This document shows positions 10,172-19,285 of a DNA stretch of 64,000 nt, one piece after another. Under the pieces are notes generated by a model. It made no database searches. It was not told where the DNA came from and saw only the letters and a list, made by a program, of their open reading frames with translations. The DNA is from Candidatus Heimdallarchaeum aukensis (lineage in GTDB: Archaea; Asgardarchaeota; Heimdallarchaeia; Heimdallarchaeales; Heimdallarchaeaceae). A program made the position numbers and the translations under genes. The stretch spans positions 2,880,001 to 2,944,000 of the forward strand of contig CP084166.1 of NCBI GenBank assembly GCA_021513695.1, in the 5' to 3' direction. Position 1 is the stretch's first letter, and every line of letters starts with the position of its first letter.

Positions 10172-10474
10172 ATGAAAGAATGCACGCTTTATTGCCGATC
10201 TTTTCGCTGCACTAACAGAGCATTAAAAGTTGAACGCCAAGGAAATGGTTCAAAAAAATTCATCTGCAAGATGGAAGGAGACGAATGCATTGGCTATTTT
10301 TGTAAATATGCTTCTTGTGCAGAAAAAATGTTAGCTGATGATGGTCGTTGTTTACGACCAGATAAGAAAGTTGCTTCCAAACCTAAAAGACCTATTAAAA
10401 TTGACAAATACGATGTCTTTGATACTAGTTCTTTAGATGATAGACTGTACAAAAAATTGAGGAGAAAAATGTAA
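10172..10474 (+). CDS. Small Cys-rich (putative Zn-binding) protein with a basic C-terminal tail. Function unknown.
   Basis: 100 aa with Cys clusters CTLYCRSFRC, CKMEGDEC and CKYASC, then a KPKRPIK...KKLRRKM tail. It sits directly upstream of the KaiC-like/GTPase pair on the same strand. Confidence 0.45.
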   Translation: MKECTLYCRSFRCTNRALKVERQGNGSKKFICKMEGDECIGYFCKYASCAEKMLADDGRCLRPDKKVASKPKRPIKIDKYDVFDTSSLDDRLYKKLRRKM

Positions 10475-10529
10475 TTATCTTCTACCTAACTTTTAAATAC
10501 CAAGTCGAATAAGTATTTTATCGAATGAG

Positions 10530-11315
10530 TTGAGTTATATGTTTCCCAATGCAGTTCAACCACAAAAAAATCTTCTACCTTTTGGTATTCCAAGTTTAGA
10601 TGAAATTCTAGGAGGAGGTATTCCAACAGGTTCTATAGTCTTAATAGAAGATGAAATAGGTGCAGAGGCTAATCCATTTATTTTACAGTTTTTAGCTGAA
10701 GGATTAAAAGCAGGTCAATATGGATATATTATGGCAACAGAACACCCATATGAATACTTTTCTGAAATGTTATCAGGAATAGGCGTTAATACAGACATGC
10801 TTAAAGCTACAGGAAGATTGAAATATATTGATGCTTTCTCCAATCCCTTTGGATATACTGACCTTCGTTCTGAACATGATCTTGCAGTAAGAAATATTAG
10901 TCAACCACGTGAATTAAATGAAATTATAAGAAGAGCTTTTCTTCATGTGAGAGATCAAAATGTAATCAAAAGAGGAATTGTAAGCTCGCTATCATCTATT
11001 ATTTATGCTACTGATGAATCAAAGAAGACGATTTTTTCTTTCTTACAAAATAGACTCGCAAGCAATAAACTTGATGGCTCAGTAACTCTATTCTCTTTGC
11101 ATTATGATGCACATCCAAGGTTACTAGTTAAAGCTATAGAACACTTGAGTGACGTAACAATCAGAGTGAAAAAAGGTTTCACAAAAGAAGAACGACCTCT
11201 AAACGAAGTACAAGTAATCAATATTAAAGGTAAACCCGAACTTGCCGGGGAAAGTGTACAATTTGAGTTCATTTCTGGAAAAATTATCCCATATTATGAA
11301 GAAAACCTATTCTAG
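10530..11315 (+). CDS. KaiC/RadB-like RecA-superfamily protein with degenerate Walker A and B, a predicted pseudo-ATPase.
   Basis: The N-terminus GIPSLDEILGGGIPTGSIVLIEDEIGAEANPFIL matches the KaiC/RadB signature xSLDxxLGGGxxxGxxxLIxGxxGxGKT, but GxGKT is replaced by IGAEAN. Walker B hhhhD is replaced by IVSSLSS. Confidence 0.6.
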   Translation: MSYMFPNAVQPQKNLLPFGIPSLDEILGGGIPTGSIVLIEDEIGAEANPFILQFLAEGLKAGQYGYIMATEHPYEYFSEMLSGIGVNTDMLKATGRLKYIDAFSNPFGYTDLRSEHDLAVRNISQPRELNEIIRRAFLHVRDQNVIKRGIVSSLSSIIYATDESKKTIFSFLQNRLASNKLDGSVTLFSLHYDAHPRLLVKAIEHLSDVTIRVKKGFTKEERPLNEVQVINIKGKPELAGESVQFEFISGKIIPYYEENLF

Positions 11316-11937
11316 TTTTGATCAAAGTATTTTTTTTTCATTTATTAACACCATTAGATTTATTAATTTAGATTGTTTGTTTTATTTGATAAGTTTGTCA
11401 TTCGATTATTTGTTCAAGACAATAATTGTTGGAGACCCAAATGTTGGAAAAACTTCAATTACACTCCGATTTTCAACTGGAACTTTTAGAGAAAGATATC
11501 TTTTTACTATAGGCGTAGAATTTAGTGTTAAAGATATTGAAGTCGATGGAAACAAGGTAAAAATTCAAGCTTGGGACACTGGAGGACACGATAAATATTC
11601 CTATATTCGTCCGTTGTATTATAAGGGGTCATATGGAACATTAATTGTTTATGACATTACCAACAAAGCATCATTTGAAAATTTGAATAAATGGTTTAAA
11701 GAAGTATATGATAACTGTGAAACAACAATTCCTGCTATTCTAGTTGGAAATAAAAACGATTTGGAAGAACAGAGAGAAGTAACAAGAGAAGAAGCTTTAA
11801 AATACGCAGAAGAAATGAGTAAAGAATATAATTTGGAAAATATTCCTTATTTTGAAACTTCAGCAAAAACAGGTGAAAACGTCGACGATATCTATTTTGA
11901 ACTAACAAGATTAATGATTAAAAAATCAAACATGTGA
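11296..11937 (+). CDS. Ras-superfamily small GTPase (Rab/Ran-like).
   Basis: G1 GDPNVGKT, switch I threonine (FTIGVEF), G3 WDTGGH, G4 NKND, G5 ETSAK. The ATG at 11296 overlaps the upstream gene by 20 nt and gives a 38-aa hydrophobic leader. In-frame TTG codons at 11395 or 11410 would give a canonical roughly 10-aa N-terminus and leave a TATA-like tttattaa about 25 nt upstream. The true start is uncertain. Confidence 0.8.
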   Translation: MKKTYSSFDQSIFFSFINTIRFINLDCLFYLISLSFDYLFKTIIVGDPNVGKTSITLRFSTGTFRERYLFTIGVEFSVKDIEVDGNKVKIQAWDTGGHDKYSYIRPLYYKGSYGTLIVYDITNKASFENLNKWFKEVYDNCETTIPAILVGNKNDLEEQREVTREEALKYAEEMSKEYNLENIPYFETSAKTGENVDDIYFELTRLMIKKSNM

Positions 11938-12069
11938 TTTTTTTAAAGATATTTTGTCTTTTACTAGATTTCATTTTTATTCTTTAAATTTGTTATCTTT
12001 TTGATAATAAAAATAGTGTCTCATAACAAACTTTAATTTCTTTTCATTTTTATTGTTCATAAACCGAAA

Positions 12070-12091
12070 TAAACGTATTAACAAACGTTTA
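12070..12091. promoter_or_regulatory. Perfect 7-bp inverted repeat (taaacgt-N8-acgttta) in the promoter region of the POR operon. Candidate operator.
   Basis: Read directly from the sequence. It is centred about 25 nt upstream of the probable ATG at 12106, where a BRE/TATA element is expected for a leaderless transcript. Confidence 0.3.
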
Positions 12092-12105
12092 CATGGGTGA
12101 AAATT

Positions 12106-12657
12106 ATGAAGATAACTGACATCAGACTAAATGGTAGGGGTGGTCAGGGAGCAGTAACTGCTTCACGTTTACTAGGTGAAGCAGCTATAAAAGAAGGACA
12201 GTATACCCATGCTTTTCCTAATTTTGGTCCAGAACGGGCTGGAGCACCTGTCACTTCTTTTACTCGTATTTGCCCTGAACCCTTTACAGAAAAAACTGAA
12301 GTTTTTGAACCTGACGTAGTTGTTGTAATTGATCCTACCCTTTTAGGAGAAGTCCCTGTTGCTCAAGGACTTAAGAAAGGAGGAACTATTGTTTGCAACT
12401 ATAGTGGAGAACTCGAAGAATTGAAAAAGTATTTTGAAGGAATTGATGCAAGTATACACAAAGTAGATGCATCCAAGATAGCTATTGAAGAATTAGGCGT
12501 AGATAAGCCAAATATGATAATGCTTGGAGCTTTACTGAAAGTACGTCCATTAGTCAAACTTGAGAGCTTGATCGAAGTAACAAAAGAACGTTTCAAAGGT
12601 TCAGTAGGAGAGAAAAACGCAAAAGCTATGCGTCGTGCATATGAAGAGGTGGAATAA
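12106..12657 (+). CDS. porG: 2-oxoacid (pyruvate/2-ketoisovalerate):ferredoxin oxidoreductase, gamma subunit.
   Basis: MKITDIRLNGRGGQGAVTAS...FGPERAGAPV is the typical gamma-subunit signature. The ORF track starts at GTG 12097 and ATG 12106 gives the canonical N-terminus. Confidence 0.85.
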   Translation: MKITDIRLNGRGGQGAVTASRLLGEAAIKEGQYTHAFPNFGPERAGAPVTSFTRICPEPFTEKTEVFEPDVVVVIDPTLLGEVPVAQGLKKGGTIVCNYSGELEELKKYFEGIDASIHKVDASKIAIEELGVDKPNMIMLGALLKVRPLVKLESLIEVTKERFKGSVGEKNAKAMRRAYEEVE

Positions 12658-12975
12658 ATGGAGAAAAAAACCCCCCCAAAGGAATTTGAAGAGTGGATAA
12701 GTGAAAAATGGGGAACAGAAAGACTACCCGTTGGTGGTGTAGTTCCTTATCAAAGCTCTTATGGATATAAAACTGGTGATTGGTCAGCTTATAAGGCTCA
12801 TATTGATAAAGAAAAATGTATAGGCTGTCTAAATTGCTTCTTTTATTGTCCTGATTCAGCAATTGCCATGGATGAAAATAATAAAGCGGAAGCAGACTTT
12901 GATTTTTGCAAAGGATGTGGAGTTTGTGCTCAACATTGCCCTGTTGATGCAATCGAAATGAAATCATTGAGGTGA
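12658..12975 (+). CDS. porD: 2-oxoacid:ferredoxin oxidoreductase, delta subunit (2x[4Fe-4S] ferredoxin).
   Basis: Two CxxCxxCxxxCP motifs ([12 protein letters not shown] and [12 protein letters not shown]). The ATG directly abuts the porG stop. Confidence 0.85.
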   Translation: MEKKTPPKEFEEWISEKWGTERLPVGGVVPYQSSYGYKTGDWSAYKAHIDKEKCIGCLNCFFYCPDSAIAMDENNKAEADFDFCKGCGVCAQHCPVDAIEMKSLR

Positions 12976-12983
12976 AAAAAAAG

Positions 12984-14171
12984 ATGATGGAACCAATAGT
13001 TAAAGGAATGACAGGAGATGAAGCTGTCGCTTGGGCAGCAAAACAAATTAATCCTGATGTTGTAGCAGCTTACCCAATTACCCCTCAAACAATAATCGTT
13101 GAAAGATTCTCCGATTATGTAAATGATGGGCTTGTTGATACCTCTTTTGTCCCAGTAGAGTCAGAACACTCTGCTATGTCTGCTTGTGTAGGAGCTTCAG
13201 CAACTGGAGCAAGAGTATTCACAGCAACAGCTTCAGCAGGTTTAGCCTTGATGTATGAAATTCTTTATGTTGCATCAGGAATGAGATTACCTATTGTTCT
13301 TGCAGTAGCAAATAGAGCATTTTCAGCTCCTATAAACATTCACGCAGAATGTACAGATCAATTAGTAACAAGAGATGCATCTTGGGTTTCTCTATTTGGA
13401 GAATCAGCACAAGAAGCCTATGATGAAACAATAATGTCTTTCAAGATTGCAGAAAATCCAAAGGTTCTACTTCCAACAATGTTTGGTGTAGAAGGATTTA
13501 TTGTTACACACGCTTTGGAAAGAGTTGACACTCTCCCAGATAAAGCGATAAAAGACTTTTTACCAGAAAAAAGAGAAGTTGAATATGCCTTTACTCCAGA
13601 TGAAATCAGAACATTTGGGTCTTTAGTTTTACAAGACTATTATATGGAAATAAAAAGGCAACAAGAAGATGCAATGCAAGAAGCTTATAAAGTAACTAAA
13701 GAAGTAATGAGCGAATATTCTGAATTAACAGGAAGAAATTATGAAATTATTGAGAAGTACAAACTTGAAGACGCAGATTATGCTTTTGTCTCATATGGAG
13801 CAACAGCAGGTAATGCCAAAGCTGTAGTAGATAATCTGAGAGAAAAAGGAGAAAAAGTCGGTAGTCTTAAAATAAGAATGTATAGACCATTTCCAGCACC
13901 AGACATATATGATGCATTGAAAGGAATAAAAGCAGTATCAATTTTAGATAGATCAGCTACTTTTGGCTCTCCAGGAACAATTGTTCAATCAGATCTTGCA
14001 ACTGCTCTATTCGGAAAGAAAGATGTACCAACACTACATGGATACATAAACGGTCTTGGAGGAAGAGTACTAACCATTCCAGAAATTGAGCAAATTTACA
14101 TGAAAACAAAGGCATACCACGACGAAGGAAAAGCACTAACTACAGAATGGTTTGGATATAGGAAAAGGTGA
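12984..14171 (+). CDS. porA: 2-oxoacid:ferredoxin oxidoreductase, alpha subunit.
   Basis: MMEPIVKGMTGDEAVAWAAKQINPDVVAAYPITPQT is a canonical PorA/VorA N-terminus. The ORF track begins at GTG 12972, which overlaps the porD stop. ATG 12984 sits 9 nt after that stop behind an aggtga RBS-like element. Confidence 0.85.
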   Translation: MMEPIVKGMTGDEAVAWAAKQINPDVVAAYPITPQTIIVERFSDYVNDGLVDTSFVPVESEHSAMSACVGASATGARVFTATASAGLALMYEILYVASGMRLPIVLAVANRAFSAPINIHAECTDQLVTRDASWVSLFGESAQEAYDETIMSFKIAENPKVLLPTMFGVEGFIVTHALERVDTLPDKAIKDFLPEKREVEYAFTPDEIRTFGSLVLQDYYMEIKRQQEDAMQEAYKVTKEVMSEYSELTGRNYEIIEKYKLEDADYAFVSYGATAGNAKAVVDNLREKGEKVGSLKIRMYRPFPAPDIYDALKGIKAVSILDRSATFGSPGTIVQSDLATALFGKKDVPTLHGYINGLGGRVLTIPEIEQIYMKTKAYHDEGKALTTEWFGYRKR

Positions 14172-14173
14172 TT

Positions 14174-15142
14174 ATGATGATAGAATTACCAAGAATTAAA
14201 TTAAAAGAAATAGCAAAGCAAGACGATGTTCTTGTCTCTGGACATAGATTATGTGCAGGATGCGGAGCTGGAACAATGGCCAGACAAGTAACTCTAGCAG
14301 CTAAAGCTCTAGGAGAACCTTTCATGATTGTAAATGCTACAGGTTGTTTAGAAGTAGCAACTACTATCTATCCATTCAGCGCATGGAACGCTCCTTGGTT
14401 ACATAACGCTTTTGAAAACGCATCTGCAACAGCTTCAGGAGCTCTCGCTGCCATGGAAGCTATGCAGAGAAAAGGACTGATGAAAGAAGAAAAAGTGAAC
14501 ATGATTATTTTCGGCGGAGATGGTGGAACTTATGATATTGGACTTCAATCTCTTTCTGGAGCAATTGAGAGAGGACATGATTTCTTGTATGTATGTTATA
14601 ACAATGGAGCATACATGAATACTGGAATACAAAGAAGTGGTGGAACTCCTCAATGTGCAATAACCACAACAAGCCCAGCTGGAACGGTTATCCCAGGAAA
14701 AATAAAATGGCAAAAACCTCTCGCTGAAATTATGGCTGCACATGATATACCAACCTTTACTGCTAGTCCATTCTATCATAGAGATTTAATGCAAAAAGTT
14801 CAAGCAGGACTAAAACATGATGGGCCAGCATTCTTGCTAGTTGATTCTCCATGCAATTTAGGACAAAGATACGCACCTAACATCTCTCTTAAAACAACAG
14901 AATTAGCAGTAAAAAGTTGCTTCTTCCCATTATATTCAACTTACAAAGATGAATGGGTATTAACTAGCGAATCATTAAAGATTGCAAAGAACCCTGAAAA
15001 GAAAGTTCCAGTTGAAGAATATCTCAAACTACAAGGAAGATTTAAACATCTTTTCAAACCTGAATGGAAAGGAAAGATAAAAGAGATTCAAGAACAAGTA
15101 GACGAGAGATGGGAAAGACTGCTAAAGAAAGCAGGATTCTAA
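14174..15142 (+). CDS. porB: 2-oxoacid:ferredoxin oxidoreductase, beta subunit (TPP-binding).
   Basis: CAGCG Fe-S/TPP region, then GGDGGTYDIGLQSLSGAIERGHDFLYVCYNNGAYMNTG (TPP-binding GDG...NN motif). ATG 14174 follows the aggtga element and the GTG at 14168 overlaps the porA stop. Confidence 0.85.
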   Translation: MMIELPRIKLKEIAKQDDVLVSGHRLCAGCGAGTMARQVTLAAKALGEPFMIVNATGCLEVATTIYPFSAWNAPWLHNAFENASATASGALAAMEAMQRKGLMKEEKVNMIIFGGDGGTYDIGLQSLSGAIERGHDFLYVCYNNGAYMNTGIQRSGGTPQCAITTTSPAGTVIPGKIKWQKPLAEIMAAHDIPTFTASPFYHRDLMQKVQAGLKHDGPAFLLVDSPCNLGQRYAPNISLKTTELAVKSCFFPLYSTYKDEWVLTSESLKIAKNPEKKVPVEEYLKLQGRFKHLFKPEWKGKIKEIQEQVDERWERLLKKAGF

Positions 15143-15203
15143 AATTATTTTTTTTTCTTTTCTTTTTCCAATATATTTAAATTGTCTATTATAAAGTGTT
15201 ATT

Positions 15204-17018
15204 GTGGATTCTAAAAAGGAAATAGATATTAAAAAGCAATTAGGTGCCTTCTATACTCCTCAAGCAATAGTTGACTTTATGGTTTCCAGAGTTTTTGATT
15301 TTTTAGAAAAAAAGAAGAAAATTAACCTAAAATCGAAAAAGCAATTCACAGATTCTTTATTTTCTTTAAAAATCTTAGATCCTGCTGTCGGAACTGGAAG
15401 ATTCATTGAAGGAATAATAAGACACATAAACTATAATCTAAAGAAACTCGGATTTGAAACTAAAGATAAAGAAGAACTAATAACTGAATTTGTTTCTAAT
15501 AATTTATTTGGAATAGAGATTGATTTACTAGCTTTGAAAAAATGTAAAAGTAATTTGACTATAAAATATCCTTTTCTCAAAGAATCTCACTTAAAACAAC
15601 TAAAAGTAGGTAATTCTTTAGTAGAGCCAGATATATACAAAATGTTTGAAGATGAAAACTCTTCTCTCCTTTCTCCTTTTTCCTGGAAAGAAGAATTTCA
15701 CAACACCAAGTTTGATTTAATAATTGGTAACCCTCCTTATTTCAGTTTTAGAAAGTTAGGACTAGAAAAAATAGAAAATCAATTATTATACGACTATTTA
15801 AAAAAATCAAACTATTGGAAATGTTACTTTCGTTCTTCTGCAGATATCTACTTTTACTTTATTGTAAAATCTCTAAATCATCTAGAAAGAAAAGGAGTGT
15901 TATCTTTTATTATCCCAAGTTACTGGATAACTAACCATTTTGCTGATAAACTACGAGAAAAAATACTAAATTATAAGATTCTAGAAATCATAGATTTTCA
16001 AAACCAACAGGTATTTTATGATGGTGGAAAGAGGATAAATATTTCTTCCACCATCTTGAGTGTTATTAATGAAGTCCCCTCAAATTCTCTTTTTTCAGTA
16101 TATAAGTTGAAGAAAATCAGATCTTTAAATTTGAATGATTTTTTCAAAAAAGAAAACTTTGATGAGTTTAAAGTTTCTCAATCCTCTCTAACGAGAGAAA
16201 AATGGGTTTTGTCTCCAAATCAGCTTAAACTTAGCAAAATTGTAGAAAATAGCATAGACGGGAAAAAGTTATCTGAAATAGCGACAATTGCACAAGGTGT
16301 ATCTCCTGGAGTAAAAAACATATTTGTAATGACAGTAAATGAAGCTAAAAAAATGAAATTGGAAAAGGAGATCCTTTATCCTTTCATTACTAACAAATAT
16401 ATTTCAAAATGGACTTTTGCTTCTTCAAATCTTGTAACCATATTTCCGAAGAAAATAACTAATTTAGAAGAATATCCTTTTACTAAAGCTTATTTAGAAA
16501 AAAATAGAGAAATATTGATTAATGGCCCAGATAGGAAAAAACTTATTGCGAAAAATAAAATTAGGTGGTTTGATTTCAGTGTTTATAGGAATATTAATCT
16601 TTTTTTGAAGGAAAGAGAAAAAATACTTACTCCCTACAGAAGTAAAAGAGTAAGTTTCGCTTATGACAATGAAGGTCTTCTTGGTTCAACAGATATTTAT
16701 GCTATTTTTCCAAAGAGAAAAGAGCTGCTCTTTTATCTTTTAGGTATCCTAAATAGTAAAGTTTCGGAATTCTGGTTTAAAGAAGCAGGAAAGAAAAAAG
16801 GAACTGCAATTGAGTTTTTTTCAAAAGATCTTGCGAAATTCCCTATTCCCCCAATGAAAAATGAAAAAAAAATAACAGAAATTGTTAAACGAATAATACA
16901 TTGTAATATTAAAAATGAGTATAGTGATGTTGAAGAATTAGAGAAAAAATTAAATTATTTAGTTTTAGATGAGTACAATCTAGATGAGAGTTTCTTGCCT
17001 GATTTTTCTTTTTCTTAA
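15204..17018 (+). CDS. N6-adenine-specific DNA methyltransferase (gamma class, TaqI/Eco57I-like) with a long C-terminal target-recognition region. Solitary.
   Basis: FYTPQAIVDFMV motif, AdoMet motif I ILDPAVGTGRF, catalytic motif IV IIGNPPY. It is 604 aa with a GTG start. No nuclease domain or neighbouring restriction enzyme is recognisable. Confidence 0.75.
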   Translation: MDSKKEIDIKKQLGAFYTPQAIVDFMVSRVFDFLEKKKKINLKSKKQFTDSLFSLKILDPAVGTGRFIEGIIRHINYNLKKLGFETKDKEELITEFVSNNLFGIEIDLLALKKCKSNLTIKYPFLKESHLKQLKVGNSLVEPDIYKMFEDENSSLLSPFSWKEEFHNTKFDLIIGNPPYFSFRKLGLEKIENQLLYDYLKKSNYWKCYFRSSADIYFYFIVKSLNHLERKGVLSFIIPSYWITNHFADKLREKILNYKILEIIDFQNQQVFYDGGKRINISSTILSVINEVPSNSLFSVYKLKKIRSLNLNDFFKKENFDEFKVSQSSLTREKWVLSPNQLKLSKIVENSIDGKKLSEIATIAQGVSPGVKNIFVMTVNEAKKMKLEKEILYPFITNKYISKWTFASSNLVTIFPKKITNLEEYPFTKAYLEKNREILINGPDRKKLIAKNKIRWFDFSVYRNINLFLKEREKILTPYRSKRVSFAYDNEGLLGSTDIYAIFPKRKELLFYLLGILNSKVSEFWFKEAGKKKGTAIEFFSKDLAKFPIPPMKNEKKITEIVKRIIHCNIKNEYSDVEELEKKLNYLVLDEYNLDESFLPDFSFS

Positions 17019-18458
17019 TTTTTTATTAGTAATATAGAGGAAAATTAGAGGAATTAAGATATTTAAAAGATAAAATGGAGATGAAGTTGTTTCTTTTTTA
17101 CCCTCAGGAAAAGGATCGTAAGAATGAGCTGGACCATCTATTGAGTAAACACCTTCCTTTTCGTAATCTGACCAATAATTCCCCTTTTTGGTTTCTTTAT
17201 CATACCAAATATTATTTTGTCCCTCGTCATACGCTTGACTGTTTCCCAGAAAGTTATTATTAATGAATAAATTGTGGTGAACTAAAACCAGACTACTGTT
17301 CGATTTGAGAAGAATTGCGTAGTTAATATTTTGTTCAAAAGTGTTGTAAACTATGGAACAATTAAATGAGTCATCAATTTCTATTCCATAATAATTCCTA
17401 AAAAATAAATTATCACATAAGTAAATGTTTGAAGAAAAATAGATATTAATAGCTGTTTGTGATGAATAAGAAATAATATTCTTATCAAGTATAACATTTT
17501 CAGATTTAGAAACAATAATGGATTCTTGATGTGTATCCTTCAAAGTAGAATTGGTTATAATTATATCCTCAGAATTGTAGATATAGATTCCTGTGTCTGA
17601 ATCTGTTATATTCAAATTTGTAATAGTTAGGTTAAAACAATTAATAATCATCAAAAAACCTAAGTCTCCTGAGATGATTTTTCCTTCTGTATCAATATGA
17701 ATAGATATTGGTAATCCATTTATCAAATTATTAGAAAAGAAACAAGAATTGTACATTTCAGTCTCTTGCTCATAAAAGAAAATAATGTCATGTATCAAAT
17801 AGTTTGAACTAAAATTTGAAAAATAAGAGAATACAGAATAGATTCCATACCCTAAATTGTCCTCTATTACATTTTTATATACTGTTGAATTATTTGCTAC
17901 ATCCAAGAGAATTCCATGTCCTCCATTTTTTCTAATATGGTTTGAGGAGATAGTAGTAAAGTGTGAAGAAGAGATCTTAATGCCTGAATTCTTATGGTTT
18001 TCAATCGTATTATTTTCAATTACAGATGAATCAGTATAAAGTATCTCTATTCCATAATTTGATTGAACAATGGTGTTATTCTTGATAACAGCTGTTCCAT
18101 TTGCAACAAAAGCAATGTAAATTGCACTTCTTGTTTGACCAGCATTAATAAAACAATTCTGAATAACAAAATGGACACTCGTTCCTTTGATATAAATGCC
18201 AGATAAATAGGGAGTGCTAATTGAATAGTTTTCTATTCGATAAGGATTTTCTCTTGTTCCATTACCAGGAAAAAGAGAAAATTGCTCATCGGAAGAAATA
18301 ATGATAGGGTCATGTTTTCTAAGCTCAGAAAAACTTTGTTTTTTATTTTCTTTGGAAAAACCTTCAACAGTAACTATTGAACTTAAAAAAATTATATCCA
18401 GTAAAAAAACCAGTAAAAAAAATTTGTGCTTCAAACAAATCCTCCACAAAGCCTCCAT
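16980..18458 (-). CDS. Secreted right-handed parallel beta-helix (PbH1/NosD-like) repeat protein with a C-terminal TM anchor.
   Basis: N-terminal signal/TM (FFLLVFLLDIIFLSSIVTV). Repeated units NNTIxxNxxGIxI... (NNTIVQSNYGIEI, NNTIENHKNSGIKI, HIRKNGGHGILL, KNVIEDNLGYGIYS). C-terminus SSPFYLLNILIPLIFLYITNKKLRKRK. Confidence 0.7.
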   Translation of the reverse strand: MEALWRICLKHKFFLLVFLLDIIFLSSIVTVEGFSKENKKQSFSELRKHDPIIISSDEQFSLFPGNGTRENPYRIENYSISTPYLSGIYIKGTSVHFVIQNCFINAGQTRSAIYIAFVANGTAVIKNNTIVQSNYGIEILYTDSSVIENNTIENHKNSGIKISSSHFTTISSNHIRKNGGHGILLDVANNSTVYKNVIEDNLGYGIYSVFSYFSNFSSNYLIHDIIFFYEQETEMYNSCFFSNNLINGLPISIHIDTEGKIISGDLGFLMIINCFNLTITNLNITDSDTGIYIYNSEDIIITNSTLKDTHQESIIVSKSENVILDKNIISYSSQTAINIYFSSNIYLCDNLFFRNYYGIEIDDSFNCSIVYNTFEQNINYAILLKSNSSLVLVHHNLFINNNFLGNSQAYDEGQNNIWYDKETKKGNYWSDYEKEGVYSIDGPAHSYDPFPEGKKETTSSPFYLLNILIPLIFLYITNKKLRKRKIRQETLI

Positions 18459-19237
18459 TCATTATACCCGGCTAAGTAGACTCGTACATGCTTATAACCT
18501 ATGCTCTTTAACACTAAATAAACTAAAGCCGATTGAGCAGCGTTTTCACAATAAAGAACAACTGTCTTATCTTTTGTTATATCTAGCTGTTCTAAATCAT
18601 CTAATATTTTCTTTTCTTTTTTAAGTACAAAGAAATCAGGATGTTCTTCAAATAAATCCATCCACCAGTAAAATTTAGATCCAGGAATAGATCCTCCTTG
18701 CGAGTCCATTGTTCTGGAGAATTCAGAACGATTGTCAACAAAAACATAGTTCTCATTATAAATGTTAAGCATTATCTCATCTCTAGAAATAAAGATCTCT
18801 TCATTAGAATTTTTGATTTTTATGTTTCCAGGTTCGATATTAGGTATCTTTTTAGTTAATTTTTTTCCTTCATAAATCCATTTTTGTAAAGCTCCGTCAA
18901 TTAGTGAAATATTTGAGATTCCATAGTAGTGTAATGTCCAAGCAGCTAAAGAGCAGTTTAAATTAAAAACATCGTCAATAAGATAAATATAATCATCTTC
19001 GTTGATTCCAGCCTGTTGAAGAGTTTGTTCAACTATCTCTTTAGGTGGGATTTCGTTATACCCCTCGATATTTTTCCAAGAAAAAATAGAACTATCAATA
19101 AATACAGAGTTAGCTATATGCCCTTCTTCATATTTTGAATACTCTCTTAAATCAAGTATCTTATGGTTGTTCTGTTTAGTTTCTTCTTCGAACTTCTTTG
19201 TAGAAATGAAAATAGCTTTGGGATTAAGGTTCATCAT
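18431..19237 (-). CDS. Tandem rhodanese-domain sulfurtransferase-like protein.
   Basis: Two rhodanese-like halves. The second carries the active-site loop LYCENAAQSA (Cys). The first (DDVFNLNCSLAAW) looks inactive. Confidence 0.65.
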   Translation of the reverse strand: MMNLNPKAIFISTKKFEEETKQNNHKILDLREYSKYEEGHIANSVFIDSSIFSWKNIEGYNEIPPKEIVEQTLQQAGINEDDYIYLIDDVFNLNCSLAAWTLHYYGISNISLIDGALQKWIYEGKKLTKKIPNIEPGNIKIKNSNEEIFISRDEIMLNIYNENYVFVDNRSEFSRTMDSQGGSIPGSKFYWWMDLFEEHPDFFVLKKEKKILDDLEQLDITKDKTVVLYCENAAQSALVYLVLKSIGYKHVRVYLAGYNEWRLCGGFV

Positions 19238-19285
19238 GTTTATTTCACATAGCTAAATAATAATTTTTCTTTAGTCTCATGAGTT

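Noticed and set aside
15204-17018. Methyltransferase as part of a complete restriction-modification or BREX/DISARM-type defence island
   Set aside because: No nuclease, specificity subunit, helicase or phosphatase genes are adjacent. Flanking genes are metabolic or surface proteins. I treat it as an orphan MTase pending a search.
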